Source: Halomicronema hongdechloris C2206 (GTDB lineage Bacteria; Cyanobacteriota; Cyanobacteriia; Phormidesmidales; Phormidesmidaceae). Taken from it: a stretch of 32,000 nt of DNA. Numbering within the stretch: position 1 is the stretch's first letter; each line of letters begins with the position of its first letter. Location of the stretch: positions 3,030,001-3,062,000 of the forward strand of contig NZ_CP021983.2 of the NCBI RefSeq assembly GCF_002075285.3. The letters are read 5' to 3'. The position numbers and the translations under genes were made by a program. The notes beneath the pieces were generated by a model. That model did not search any database, was not told where the DNA came from, and saw nothing but the letters and a program-made list of their open reading frames with translations. Shown here piece by piece: positions 23,573-32,000 of the stretch.

Positions 23573-25207
23573 CTAAGCAGTTTGCAGCCTTGATGAGGCG
23601 GCCTTGGCTTTAGCCTGAGCTGCCGCTGTAAAAGCCTGGGGCAGGGAAATGCTATCGGGCAGCTGACTGGTGGTGAAGAGGGCCCCCATGACACTGCCCA
23701 TGATGCCGAGTACATAGACATCGCTGCCGGTCATATAGAGACCAGGGATGGGGGTTTTGACCCGGCTCCAAGCTCGGTGTTGGGGAGCAAACCGGTCGAC
23801 AACCATGGGCAGGCCATACATCGCCCCTTGGGGGTGGGCCGTAAAGTGTTCATTAGTCAGGGGAGTAGACACTTCACAGTAGTCAACTAAGGCCGTAAAG
23901 CCGGGATAGTGACGCTCAATCAGAGCCAGCAGGGTATCGCGGATATGGGCCTTCAGCGCGGTGTAATGCTCATCCCGCTGCAACCAGGGCTGATCTCGCC
24001 AGGGCGCAAAGCTAGCATAGTCGGCTGAGGCGATCACCTCGGCGGTGTGGCGGCTGGCTTTAGGATCCTTCAGGGATGGAAAGGACAGGTAGACCTGCAG
24101 TGGTTCCTCGCCCTGCACCCAATGATGCTGGCGCCGATCAACGGCCTGGTGGTCAATCGTTTCATAGATCCAGTGATTTTCTCCCCGAAAGCCTAGCTGG
24201 CGCGGGTCACCTGCAAAACCGATATAGAGAGACACATGGGTAGCAGGGGGGTGGGCTTGATAAAACTGCTGCAGCTGCTCGCACTGGGGTCGAGCCTGGG
24301 CAGAGGGCATCAGCCGACAGTAGGTGTTGTAGGCTCCGGCGTTGGACACCACCACGGGGGCGTAATACTCCTCCATCGGTTGATCGCCGCCCTTTAGATG
24401 ACGGACCCGGACCCCGGCAACAGCGCCCTGATCCATCAGAATTTCAGTGACCTCGCGGTGGAGCAGTATCTGGCCGCCGTGAGCCTCGACCACTGATTGC
24501 ACACTGCGGGCAAGGGTGCCGGGGCCACCGACGGGGTAGTAGCCGCCCTGGAGATAATGACTGACAATGGTGGCATGGAGGGCGAAGGGGCTCTGCTCGG
24601 GAGAGACTCCGTAGTCCAACCACTGAGAAGCCAGTAACGCCTTCAGTTGGGGATCGTGAAAGTGGCGGTCTAGGTAGTCTTGGGTTGTGAGGCGCAGATC
24701 AATGCCATGCCAGAGTTTGGCCAGAGAAGCCAACCCTTTATAGAGTCGGGAGCCATTGTGCTGGGCAGCGTGGAGAAACAGAGCCGCGGCTCCTTTTTTG
24801 ATGTCGTTGAAGTATCGGCGGATAGCCTGTTTTTCCTGGGGAAACCGGGCAATCAGGTCAGCCTGAAAGCGCTTGGGATCACCGTAGACATCGAAGGTTA
24901 GGTCTGGGTAGACGAATTTTTCGAAGGGGTCGGGCATTTTGGTCCACTGCACCTGGTATTGGGTAATCAGGTCAAATAGGTTGCGAGGACCAGTGCCTGC
25001 GGCCATTTGCCCGACATAGTGCAGTCCTGGATCCCATTGAAAGCCGCGGCGCTTGAAGCTGTGGGTATAACCTCCGGGGACGACGTGGCGCTCTAGAATC
25101 AGCACCCGCTTGTGGCGCAGTTGAGCCATGAGGCTGGCCACGGTTAGCGCCCCGATGCCGGAGCCAATCAGAATCAAGTCGTAGTCTTGGCGAGGACGGG
25201 TGGTCAT
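23573..25207 (-). CDS. FAD-dependent oxidoreductase, phytoene desaturase (CrtI)/retinol saturase-like family
   Basis: AGGA is followed by an ATG at 25207. Dinucleotide-binding motif DLILIGSGIGALTVA...LILERHVVPGGYTHSF. About 545 aa, typical for this family. Confidence 0.8.
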   Translation of the reverse strand: MTTRPRQDYDLILIGSGIGALTVASLMAQLRHKRVLILERHVVPGGYTHSFKRRGFQWDPGLHYVGQMAAGTGPRNLFDLITQYQVQWTKMPDPFEKFVYPDLTFDVYGDPKRFQADLIARFPQEKQAIRRYFNDIKKGAAALFLHAAQHNGSRLYKGLASLAKLWHGIDLRLTTQDYLDRHFHDPQLKALLASQWLDYGVSPEQSPFALHATIVSHYLQGGYYPVGGPGTLARSVQSVVEAHGGQILLHREVTEILMDQGAVAGVRVRHLKGGDQPMEEYYAPVVVSNAGAYNTYCRLMPSAQARPQCEQLQQFYQAHPPATHVSLYIGFAGDPRQLGFRGENHWIYETIDHQAVDRRQHHWVQGEEPLQVYLSFPSLKDPKASRHTAEVIASADYASFAPWRDQPWLQRDEHYTALKAHIRDTLLALIERHYPGFTALVDYCEVSTPLTNEHFTAHPQGAMYGLPMVVDRFAPQHRAWSRVKTPIPGLYMTGSDVYVLGIMGSVMGALFTTSQLPDSISLPQAFTAAAQAKAKAASSRLQTA

Positions 25208-25274
25208 GGCAAAAATCCTCAAGAGTAAAGGCGTGTGAGCGCAGCAACCTATAGCTGTCTGGATCCGACACAGG

Positions 25275-25293
25275 ATGTTGTCGCTGTCAACAT
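25275..25293. promoter_or_regulatory. putative TetR operator 1 (19-bp palindrome ATGTTGTCGCTGTCAACAT)
   Basis: Perfect 6-bp arms ATGTTG/CAACAT around 7 nt, in the divergent intergenic region between 25207 and 25372. Confidence 0.55.
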
Positions 25294-25307
25294 CAACCTA
25301 GCTCGAT

Positions 25308-25326
25308 ATGTTATCGCCGTCAACAT
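25308..25326. promoter_or_regulatory. putative TetR operator 2 (ATGTTATCGCCGTCAACAT)
   Basis: Near-identical copy of operator 1, placed 33 bp further on (about three helical turns). Confidence 0.55.
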
Positions 25327-25371
25327 GGAGTGCTAAAATCAGCATCAAAGCTGCTTCAGGCCTCCTTGCCC

Positions 25372-25989
25372 ATGGCCAAATCTCGACCTAAGCGCACTTA
25401 TCACCACGGAGATCTACAACAAGCGCTGATTGATGCCGCTTTGGGATTGATTGCGGAGAAACAGGATGTCCACACCCTATCTCTACGGGAAGTGGCCCGT
25501 CGGGTGGGGGTATCCCAGGCGGCTCCCTACCGTCACTTTGCCGATAAGGAAGCTCTCCTGGCTGCAGTCGCCGAGGAGGGATTTCATCAACTGTTGGTCG
25601 ACTTGCAGGACAGTATGGTTACCCCGGCTGCAGATCCGTTGGCAGCCCTGCAGGCCAGTGGGGTCGCCTATGTGCAATTCGCCGTGTCTCATCCGGCCCA
25701 TTATCGGGTCATGTTTGGGGCATTTCAGGTGGATAACGCTACCTATCCCGCCCTCCATGCCGTCGGCTGCCAGACCTTTGCGGTGCTGGTGGATGCGATC
25801 GCAACCGGTCAACAGGCCGGGCAGATCATCACTGGCGATCCTCAGACCCTAGCCAGGGTGGCCTGGTCCTTGGTGCATGGACTGGCCATGCTGGTGATTG
25901 ACGGCCAGATTTCCCTAACCCAGGGGCAAGATATTGCAGCCCTGGCCAGCTTCACCACCCAATCGCTGATCCAGGGCATCCAGCGTTAA
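25372..25989 (+). CDS. TetR/AcrR family transcriptional regulator
   Basis: ATG at 25372. HTH region TLSLREVARRVGVSQAAPYRHFADKEALL. Divergent from the oxidoreductase gene. Confidence 0.85.
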   Translation: MAKSRPKRTYHHGDLQQALIDAALGLIAEKQDVHTLSLREVARRVGVSQAAPYRHFADKEALLAAVAEEGFHQLLVDLQDSMVTPAADPLAALQASGVAYVQFAVSHPAHYRVMFGAFQVDNATYPALHAVGCQTFAVLVDAIATGQQAGQIITGDPQTLARVAWSLVHGLAMLVIDGQISLTQGQDIAALASFTTQSLIQGIQR

Positions 25990-25993
25990 GGCT

Positions 25994-27409
25994 TTAGGTG
26001 TCCCCCGGCAGCTGGCTCATGGTGTCTAAATCCAGCACTTGGGCCAAATCCTCGGCAGACATCAATCCTCTTTCCAGCACCAGCTGCCGCAGTGACTTGC
26101 CGGTTTCCAGGGATTCCTTGGCAATGGCCGCGGCATTGAGATAGCCAATGTGAGGATTCAAGGCAGTTACCAAGGCTAGGCTGCCTTCGGCGTAGGCCAG
26201 ACAACGCTCCCGATCGGCCTGGATCCCCTGCAGACAACGGTGATTCAAGGCCGCCAGGGTGTTGCCTAGGAGCTCAATGCTGTGGATCAAGTTGTAGGCA
26301 ATCAGGGGCATCATCACGTTCAGTTCCAGTTGTCCAGCCTGGGCGGCCAAGGCGATGGCGCTGTCGTAGCCCATCACCTGAAAACAGACCATAGAGGTCA
26401 TTTCCGCCATCACCGGGTTGTATTTGCCCGGCATGATCGAGGACCCCGGTTGCACCGGCGGCAGTTGAATCTCCTTCAGACCGGTCTTTGGCCCTGAGTC
26501 CAGCAGGCGCAGATCGTGGGAGATCTTAACGCAGTCCTGGGCCAGGTTGCGCAGGGCTCCAGACACCGCCACGAAGGGGGCCATACTCTGCATGGCGGCC
26601 ATCAAGTGGGGGGCCGGTCGCAGCGGTTGATCGATGAACTCAGCCAAGCGGGCCACGACCCGTTGGCGATAGTGGGGATGGGTGTTGAGGCCGGTGCCGG
26701 CGGCACTGCCCCCCAACCCCAACAGGGTCAGGTCGCCACTGGCAGTCTCGATGCGAATCAGATGTTCACTCAAGATCTGGGCCCAGGCCCGAAAGGTGTC
26801 TCCCAATCGAACCGGCACGGCGTCCTGCAGGTGGGTGCGCCCCGATCGCACCACGGCTTGAAAGCCCTCGGCGTTGCGATCCAGGGTTGCGATCGCATCG
26901 GCCAGAGCCGGAAACAGCGTCCGCTCCAGGGCCAAGAGACCACCAATGCGAATCGCCGTGGGAATCACATCATTGGTAGATTGGCCATAGTTGACATGGT
27001 CATTGGGATTCAGCCGCTGATAATTTCCCTTCTGGTCGCCTAACAATTCCAGGGCGCGATTCGCCAGCACCTCATTCACATTCATATGATGAGAGGTACC
27101 TGCCCCGGCCTGATACACATCCACCACGAACTGGTCCCGCAGGGCCCCATTCAAGATCTCATCTGCCGCCTGCACGATGGCTTGGCTCAGGTCAGCCGGG
27201 ATACAGCCCAAGTCTCCATTTACCATGGCCGCCGCCTTCTTGATCAGCACACAGGCATCGACATAGGCAGCTAGGGGGCGCAGACCGCTGATAGGAAAGT
27301 TTTCCAACGCCCGTAGAGTTTGGATGCCATAATAGGCCTCCGCTGGAAGCGATCGCACACCCATAGAATCCGTTTCCTGGCGCTGAGGCGACGACTCAAC
27401 CATATCCAT
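25994..27409 (-). CDS. aspA: aspartate ammonia-lyase
   Basis: LPAEAYYGIQTLRALENFPIS and the signature GSSIMPGKYNPVMAEMTSMVCFQVMG fit aspartase better than class II fumarase. The exact start is uncertain (M1, M3 or M16). Confidence 0.8.
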   Translation of the reverse strand: MDMVESSPQRQETDSMGVRSLPAEAYYGIQTLRALENFPISGLRPLAAYVDACVLIKKAAAMVNGDLGCIPADLSQAIVQAADEILNGALRDQFVVDVYQAGAGTSHHMNVNEVLANRALELLGDQKGNYQRLNPNDHVNYGQSTNDVIPTAIRIGGLLALERTLFPALADAIATLDRNAEGFQAVVRSGRTHLQDAVPVRLGDTFRAWAQILSEHLIRIETASGDLTLLGLGGSAAGTGLNTHPHYRQRVVARLAEFIDQPLRPAPHLMAAMQSMAPFVAVSGALRNLAQDCVKISHDLRLLDSGPKTGLKEIQLPPVQPGSSIMPGKYNPVMAEMTSMVCFQVMGYDSAIALAAQAGQLELNVMMPLIAYNLIHSIELLGNTLAALNHRCLQGIQADRERCLAYAEGSLALVTALNPHIGYLNAAAIAKESLETGKSLRQLVLERGLMSAEDLAQVLDLDTMSQLPGDT

Positions 27410-27577
27410 TCACAATCCATCCATGCACATCTCTGCAGCCAGGCTAATCTAGCCTACCCAACTGGTACATACATTACGAGTCTTGGGTCCAATAGGTCAT
27501 AATATGACTCAGGGCCTGGGGCAGTCCCCTTCATCACCATCACCAAGCACATCAGGGGCATCGTTCAACCTTATCAC

Positions 27578-27621
27578 CTCGAGATCTAGCGTGTTACTCG
27601 GAGAACACACCAGATCTCGAG
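27578..27621. other. 44-nt nested palindrome / stem-loop
   Basis: CTCGAGATCT-agc-GTGTT-actcggag-AACAC-acc-AGATCTCGAG: 10-bp outer arms and 5-bp inner arms. It lies between the divergent aspA and TPR genes. Confidence 0.8.
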
Positions 27622-27662
27622 CCGACCTTGGTATTGGTCTATGATGTCGCGATGGCATTGGT

Positions 27663-28493
27663 ATGGCTGAAAAGTTTGATAACTCTGTGACAGCGGAATG
27701 GGATGCCTGGTACGGTCAAGGGAGTGCCCTGATGGCGGCAGGTCATTTCGACGGGGCAGTCGCTAAATTTGATCGGGTTTTAGCAAGGGATCCCGCCAAT
27801 TATTATGCCTGGGTACTGCGGGGCCAAGCCCTCTGTGAATTGCAAGCCTACGACGCTTCCCTAGATAGCTTTCGAGTAGCCCTGCGGCTGCAGCCTAAGC
27901 AAGCTCTAGCTTGGCATGGTTGTGGTGTTGTCCAAGCCAAGCAGGGAAACTACCAGGCCGCCCTGCAGAGCTTTGATCATGCCCTAGATTTAGCCGAGGA
28001 CGACCCAAAAGCCTGGTATAACCGAGGTAACGCCTTGCTACGGCTACATCGCTATGAAGAAGCCCTCTTCAGTTTCAACAAGGCCATCGACCATAAACCA
28101 GAAAGCCATCGGGCCTGGTACAACAAAGCCCTAGCCCTGGCCCATCTATACCGTTATCCCGAAGCCCTCGGCAGTCTCGATAGTGCCATTGCCCTAAAGC
28201 GCAACTGCCATTACGCCTGGACTTACAAAGGCCTAATTCTCAACAAGCTCCATCAATATGACCAGGCCTTGGGGTGTTTTGCCAAATCCCTCAAATACCG
28301 CAAGTCCAATCCTAATGCCTGGTATGGACAGGCCACCTCCTACGCTCTACGAGGCGACATTCCCCAAGCTGCCGATAGCCTGCGTCATGCCATTGACCAA
28401 AGTCCAAACCTCTACTCGGTCATGGTTCAAACCGATCCCAATTTCACCGCCGTGCTGCAGCAACCTGAAATTCAGTCAGTACTTCAGGCCTGA
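27663..28493 (+). CDS. TPR repeat protein
   Basis: About seven consecutive 34-aa TPR units (AWYNRGNALLRLHRYEEALFSFNKAIDHKPESHRAWYNKALAL...). Confidence 0.85.
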   Translation: MAEKFDNSVTAEWDAWYGQGSALMAAGHFDGAVAKFDRVLARDPANYYAWVLRGQALCELQAYDASLDSFRVALRLQPKQALAWHGCGVVQAKQGNYQAALQSFDHALDLAEDDPKAWYNRGNALLRLHRYEEALFSFNKAIDHKPESHRAWYNKALALAHLYRYPEALGSLDSAIALKRNCHYAWTYKGLILNKLHQYDQALGCFAKSLKYRKSNPNAWYGQATSYALRGDIPQAADSLRHAIDQSPNLYSVMVQTDPNFTAVLQQPEIQSVLQA

Positions 28494-28541
28494 CGCCATA
28501 CAATAGCGCCATAGGACAGCAACAGGCAGCATTTCCTGGCA

Positions 28542-30056
28542 ATGGCCCGTATCCCCCGACTCACCTTCGACCGTGGTACCCTGATTCTGCATCCACCGCC
28601 CCGGGGCAAAGGTTGGATCGACTATGCCCTGTGGGACGATCGCATCGAGCGCTTTCGCATCCCAGCCCACCAGTATCGTCCTTTGGTAGAAACCCTGCGT
28701 ACCGAGGGGGTTTCCTTCGACGATGCCGTCCCTGGCTTCAAGGCACTCAATCTCCAGCCCCAAGTGGTGATGGCTCCCTACCCTCACCAGCAAGAAGCAC
28801 TACAGGCCTGGACCCAGAGCGGCTGGCGTGGCGTGGTGGTCTTACCGACGGCTGCCGGCAAGACTTACTTGGCCCAACTGGCTATGCAAGCTACTCCTCG
28901 CAGCACCCTGATTACGGTGCCAACGCTGGACTTAATGCACCAGTGGTTCGCCCATCTAGAGTCCACATTTCCCGACGCCACCATCGGCCTCTTGGGAGGC
29001 GGATCAAAAGATCGTACCCCCATTCTAGTTGCCACCTACGACAGTGCTGCCATTCACGCTGAAACCCTGGGCAATTGCTATGGTCTCTTGATCTGCGATG
29101 AATGCCATCATCTACCCAGTGACTTTAATCGCGTCATCGCTGAATACGCCATTGCTCCCTATCGCCTGGGGCTAACGGCAACCCCCGACCGAGCCGATGG
29201 CCGCCATGCCGATCTCGATACCCTACTAGGTCCCGTGGTCTACCACCAAACAGCAGCAGCCCTATCTGGCCAAGCTCTAGCTCCCTATCAGATCATCCCC
29301 ATCAAGGTAAAGCTATCACCCCAGGAGCGGCACCAGTACGATCAGTTAATTCAGCGGCGCAATCAATTTCTGCAAGAGGCCAATATTTGGCTCAATTCAG
29401 CCCAAGGATGGCAACGCTTTGTCCGCGCCAGCGCTCAATCAAGCGCAGGACGCCGAGCCATGCTCGCCCATCGACAGGCTAAAACCATGGCCCTGGGCAC
29501 CGATGGTAAGTTGCGTATCCTAGCAGATCTGCTAACTCAGCACTATCCCGAGCGCTGCCTAATTTTCACCAACGATAATGCCACAGTCTATCGCATCTCC
29601 CAGGATTTCTTAATTCCGGCCATCACCCACCAAACTCCAGTCAAAGAACGCCACCAGATTCTTCAAGCTTTTCGTCAGGGCGACTATTCCACTCTAGTCG
29701 TTTCCCATGTCTTAAATGAAGGCGTCGATGTCCCCGAAGCTCGAATCGCGATCTTACTCTCGGGGTCCGGATCGACGCGGGAATATGTGCAGCGACTAGG
29801 TCGACTCCTACGGAGGGGCTCAGGTAATAAGTTGGCCCTGCTCTACGAAGTCATTGCTGAGGAAACCACTGAAGAAGCCATTGCTTTCCGCCGTCGTCGG
29901 ACCACCTCAGGGGCAAAGGCAGCTCCCCAACAACTGGAACTGGTACCGCCTCCCTATCCTGAGCCCTCTGTCCCACCACCTCGAGCCGCTGAAGAGGCCA
30001 CGGACTGGCCCGGCCCTAACTCTCGTCGAACGAACGAGGATAATTCCAACAGTTGA
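28542..30056 (+). CDS. SF2 DEAD/DEAH-box helicase, XPB/Rad25-like
   Basis: Motif I LPTAAGKT, motif II ICDECHH, motif III GLTATP, and a C-terminal helicase domain (VVSHVLNEGVDVPEA...QRLGRLLR). The N-terminal ~70-aa domain precedes PYPHQQEAL. The tail is Pro-rich. Confidence 0.8.
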   Translation: MARIPRLTFDRGTLILHPPPRGKGWIDYALWDDRIERFRIPAHQYRPLVETLRTEGVSFDDAVPGFKALNLQPQVVMAPYPHQQEALQAWTQSGWRGVVVLPTAAGKTYLAQLAMQATPRSTLITVPTLDLMHQWFAHLESTFPDATIGLLGGGSKDRTPILVATYDSAAIHAETLGNCYGLLICDECHHLPSDFNRVIAEYAIAPYRLGLTATPDRADGRHADLDTLLGPVVYHQTAAALSGQALAPYQIIPIKVKLSPQERHQYDQLIQRRNQFLQEANIWLNSAQGWQRFVRASAQSSAGRRAMLAHRQAKTMALGTDGKLRILADLLTQHYPERCLIFTNDNATVYRISQDFLIPAITHQTPVKERHQILQAFRQGDYSTLVVSHVLNEGVDVPEARIAILLSGSGSTREYVQRLGRLLRRGSGNKLALLYEVIAEETTEEAIAFRRRRTTSGAKAAPQQLELVPPPYPEPSVPPPRAAEEATDWPGPNSRRTNEDNSNS

Positions 30057-30119
30057 TGCCCAATCCAGGCAAAATACTCTATAATTGAAAGGTTGTGAAA
30101 TTTCAAGATTAATTGGGTC

Positions 30120-30296
30120 ATGGCGGTTCCCAAGAAGAAAACCTCGAAATCCAAGCGGAACATGCGGCGCGCTCATTGGAACCGGGTAGCCGCATTGGAA
30201 GCACAAAAAGCACTTTCCCTAGGCAAATCCATTCTGACTGGTCGGTCTCAGGGTTTCATCTATCCCACCGATGATGACGACGAGGACGAAGATTAA
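30120..30296 (+). CDS. rpmF: 50S ribosomal protein L32
   Basis: Not in the ORF track (58 aa). [37 protein letters not shown]... is the canonical L32 N-terminus, followed by an acidic tail [11 protein letters not shown] at 30294-30296. Confidence 0.9.
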   Translation: MAVPKKKTSKSKRNMRRAHWNRVAALEAQKALSLGKSILTGRSQGFIYPTDDDDEDED

Positions 30297-30443
30297 TCAC
30301 CGGTAGATGTACACCAGCTAGCTTCCAATTCTGGGGCTCTGGTCCATACATTTACCCAGCAATCTGAACCAGTATCATAAGCATGACGATAGTCAGCCAA
30401 ATGACTCCCCTAGGCCCAATGAACGGGTTAGGGGAGTTGGTTA

Positions 30444-31199
30444 CTAAGTGGTCAAGGTCAAAGGCTTAGGGCATTCCGACGTATGCAACGTCGTCAACTT
30501 TGCTTGCAAAGCCTGAGTGAGTCGTTGCGCCGCTGCTTTCAGGGTTCCATGTTGGTGTGACGGTAGGTAATCACGAACCAATAAAGGCCGACCAAACTCT
30601 ACAGTCACCTCACAGCCCCAAGAGGGCATTGCCTCACCATAACGCATACTGACCGGCACGATATGTATGCCCAAATCAGCTTGCAGAGACTCTGCCTGCA
30701 GGGCAAGCCGGGCTAATCCTGGCTTGAGGGGATGAACCTGCTCATCACGGAAGATCCCTCCCTCCGGGAAAATGACCAGGGGTTCTTGCTGTTGCAGAAG
30801 CTCAATACCGTGACGCAGGCTAGCAATGGTAGGGCGACTCACATTAATGGCAAATCCGCCTAATCGCCGGATAAACCATCCCTGAATTCCCCGTACTTCA
30901 TCGGCAGTCACCATGAAGCGCAAATAACGGTTTTGGCCAGCCCGCCGGAAGGCATAGGGAACCAATAGGGCATCCCAGCGGGAGCGATGAGTCGGGGCCA
31001 AAATCACCGGTCCCTGCTGCGGCAAATTCTCTATGCCATGGATACGAATAGTTCCGAAGTAGGCAGGTAGTACCAGGCGATTGCCCAAGCAATAGACTAG
31101 TGGCGTCAGCCATGGAGAAAAGCGAGAGATCTGGGGCGTCATCGTGGCAAAGTCATGGGTATCGGGATGGATCATGGTAAATGCGGAAAGGTAGACCAT
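30444..31199 (-). CDS. 1-acyl-sn-glycerol-3-phosphate (lysophospholipid) acyltransferase, PlsC family
   Basis: HX4D motif APTHRSRWD, FPEGGIF motif, and an N-terminal hydrophobic segment. Confidence 0.8.
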   Translation of the reverse strand: MVYLSAFTMIHPDTHDFATMTPQISRFSPWLTPLVYCLGNRLVLPAYFGTIRIHGIENLPQQGPVILAPTHRSRWDALLVPYAFRRAGQNRYLRFMVTADEVRGIQGWFIRRLGGFAINVSRPTIASLRHGIELLQQQEPLVIFPEGGIFRDEQVHPLKPGLARLALQAESLQADLGIHIVPVSMRYGEAMPSWGCEVTVEFGRPLLVRDYLPSHQHGTLKAAAQRLTQALQAKLTTLHTSECPKPLTLTT

Positions 31200-31411
31200 G
31201 GCTCATACTCACAGTAATGCAGTGATAAACCTCGCCCCAAGTCCAGAATTAGAGAGTTACTCAGGGGAAACTCCAGCTCTTAAGCTGGAGTGAGTACAGA
31301 CCTAGATGGCATGAATTAGAGCTGATGGTTTCACAGTAAGGGGAATGTCTCAGTTACATCGTCTACACAAGGACAGTTTTATGGCTGTCCCGACGGACAG
31401 ATAAATAACCC

Positions 31412-31909
31412 TTATGCCTGCCGCCGCTGGCGAAACCAGTGGCTGAGTTGCCGTTGACAGGGCTCCGCTAAAATCCCGGCTAGAACCGGTAAGCGATGAT
31501 TGGAACAGGCGCTGTCGGGTAAGTTGACCACCGAACGAATCGCGCCTGCCTTGGGATCACCAACTCCATAGACCAGTAATCCTAGGCGACTGAGAATAAT
31601 GGCTCCGGCGCACATGGGACAGGGTTCTAGGGTAACGTAGAGGACACATTGCTCTAGATGCCAGGTTCCCAGGGCTTGCCCAGCCTGCCGCAGAGCTAAG
31701 ATTTCGGCATGGGCAGTGGGATCAGCCGCCCGTTGACGATGATTGGCGGTAGCTGCCAAGCAAGTATCACCGGGACCTACAATCACCGCTCCCACGGGTA
31801 TATCCCCGGCTGTCCCTGCCGTTGCCGCCAACGCTAGAGCCTGCTGCATCCAATGGCAGTGGGCTAGATAGGTGGCATCCTCTAGGACCGGTGAACTCTC
31901 AAACATCAT
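31412..31909 (-). CDS. tadA: tRNA adenosine(34) deaminase
   Basis: HAEILALRQAG and TLEPCPMCAGAI deaminase zinc motifs. Size is typical for TadA. Confidence 0.9.
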   Translation of the reverse strand: MMFESSPVLEDATYLAHCHWMQQALALAATAGTAGDIPVGAVIVGPGDTCLAATANHRQRAADPTAHAEILALRQAGQALGTWHLEQCVLYVTLEPCPMCAGAIILSRLGLLVYGVGDPKAGAIRSVVNLPDSACSNHRLPVLAGILAEPCQRQLSHWFRQRRQA

Positions 31910-32000
31910 GGTGTAAATTCTGCTCCAATTGCCAGAAGGCCAAGGCTACATAGGCTTGAGTCCACAACAGAGGGGTGGCGTCGCTGGAGACGTAGTGACC
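31899..32000 (-). CDS. 3' end of an unidentified gene continuing right of the window
   Basis: The minus frame is open from the window edge (...SSDATPLLWTQAYVALAFWQLEQNLHHDV). Its TGA at 31899-31901 overlaps the tadA start by 11 nt. The product cannot be assigned from 33 aa. Confidence 0.3.
   Translation of the reverse strand, partial: GHYVSSDATPLLWTQAYVALAFWQLEQNLHHDV

Noticed and set aside
1-32000. tRNA, rRNA, tmRNA, RNase P or recognisable riboswitch sequences.
   Set aside because: No T-loop-like GGTTCGAATCC-type motifs with an acceptor-stem context, and no rRNA-like segments, were seen on either strand. The long intergenic regions 19309-19769 and 21373-21681 showed no motif I could recognise. 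Absence cannot be proven by eye.

Overview
32-kb chromosomal window from a cyanobacterium: dense HIP1 GCGATCGC octamers in the core parts, STRR-like heptamer repeats, GC-rich core. Left edge: a 5'-partial TPR protein and a His-rich NicO/RcnA-type Ni/Co transporter. From about 3.1 to 13.65 kb there is a strictly co-directional (+) accessory island of about 20 small detoxification/resistance-type genes. It holds six VOC/glyoxalase-fold genes, SnoaL/NTF2-like genes, YciI-like, DHFR-like, DUF1772, GFA and GST genes, an intact class D beta-lactamase, and an unusual tandem Arr-Arr rifampin ADP-ribosyltransferase fusion. Several members are nonsense-mutated or truncated, and the right end of the island is a collapsed second copy (A2) of its left module (A). 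The island is bounded on the left by a decayed glycogen-debranching-enzyme remnant. On the right it is bounded by a 21-bp tandem repeat array, a 13-repeat CRISPR array with no cas gene anywhere in the window, and a thicket of heptamer and MITE-like repeats. The right half (16-32 kb) looks like core genome: FKBP PPIase, EamA transporter, TPR proteins, pentapeptide protein, response regulator, dual-specificity phosphatase, a TetR/CrtI-like oxidoreductase divergon with two clear operators, aspartase, SF2 helicase, rpmF, PlsC-type acyltransferase and tadA. It also contains an orphan, shortened F-type ATPase gamma-like gene split by a 107-bp insertion flanked by CTAGT direct repeats. No tRNA or rRNA genes were recognised. 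All product calls come from motif recognition by eye, with no database search.
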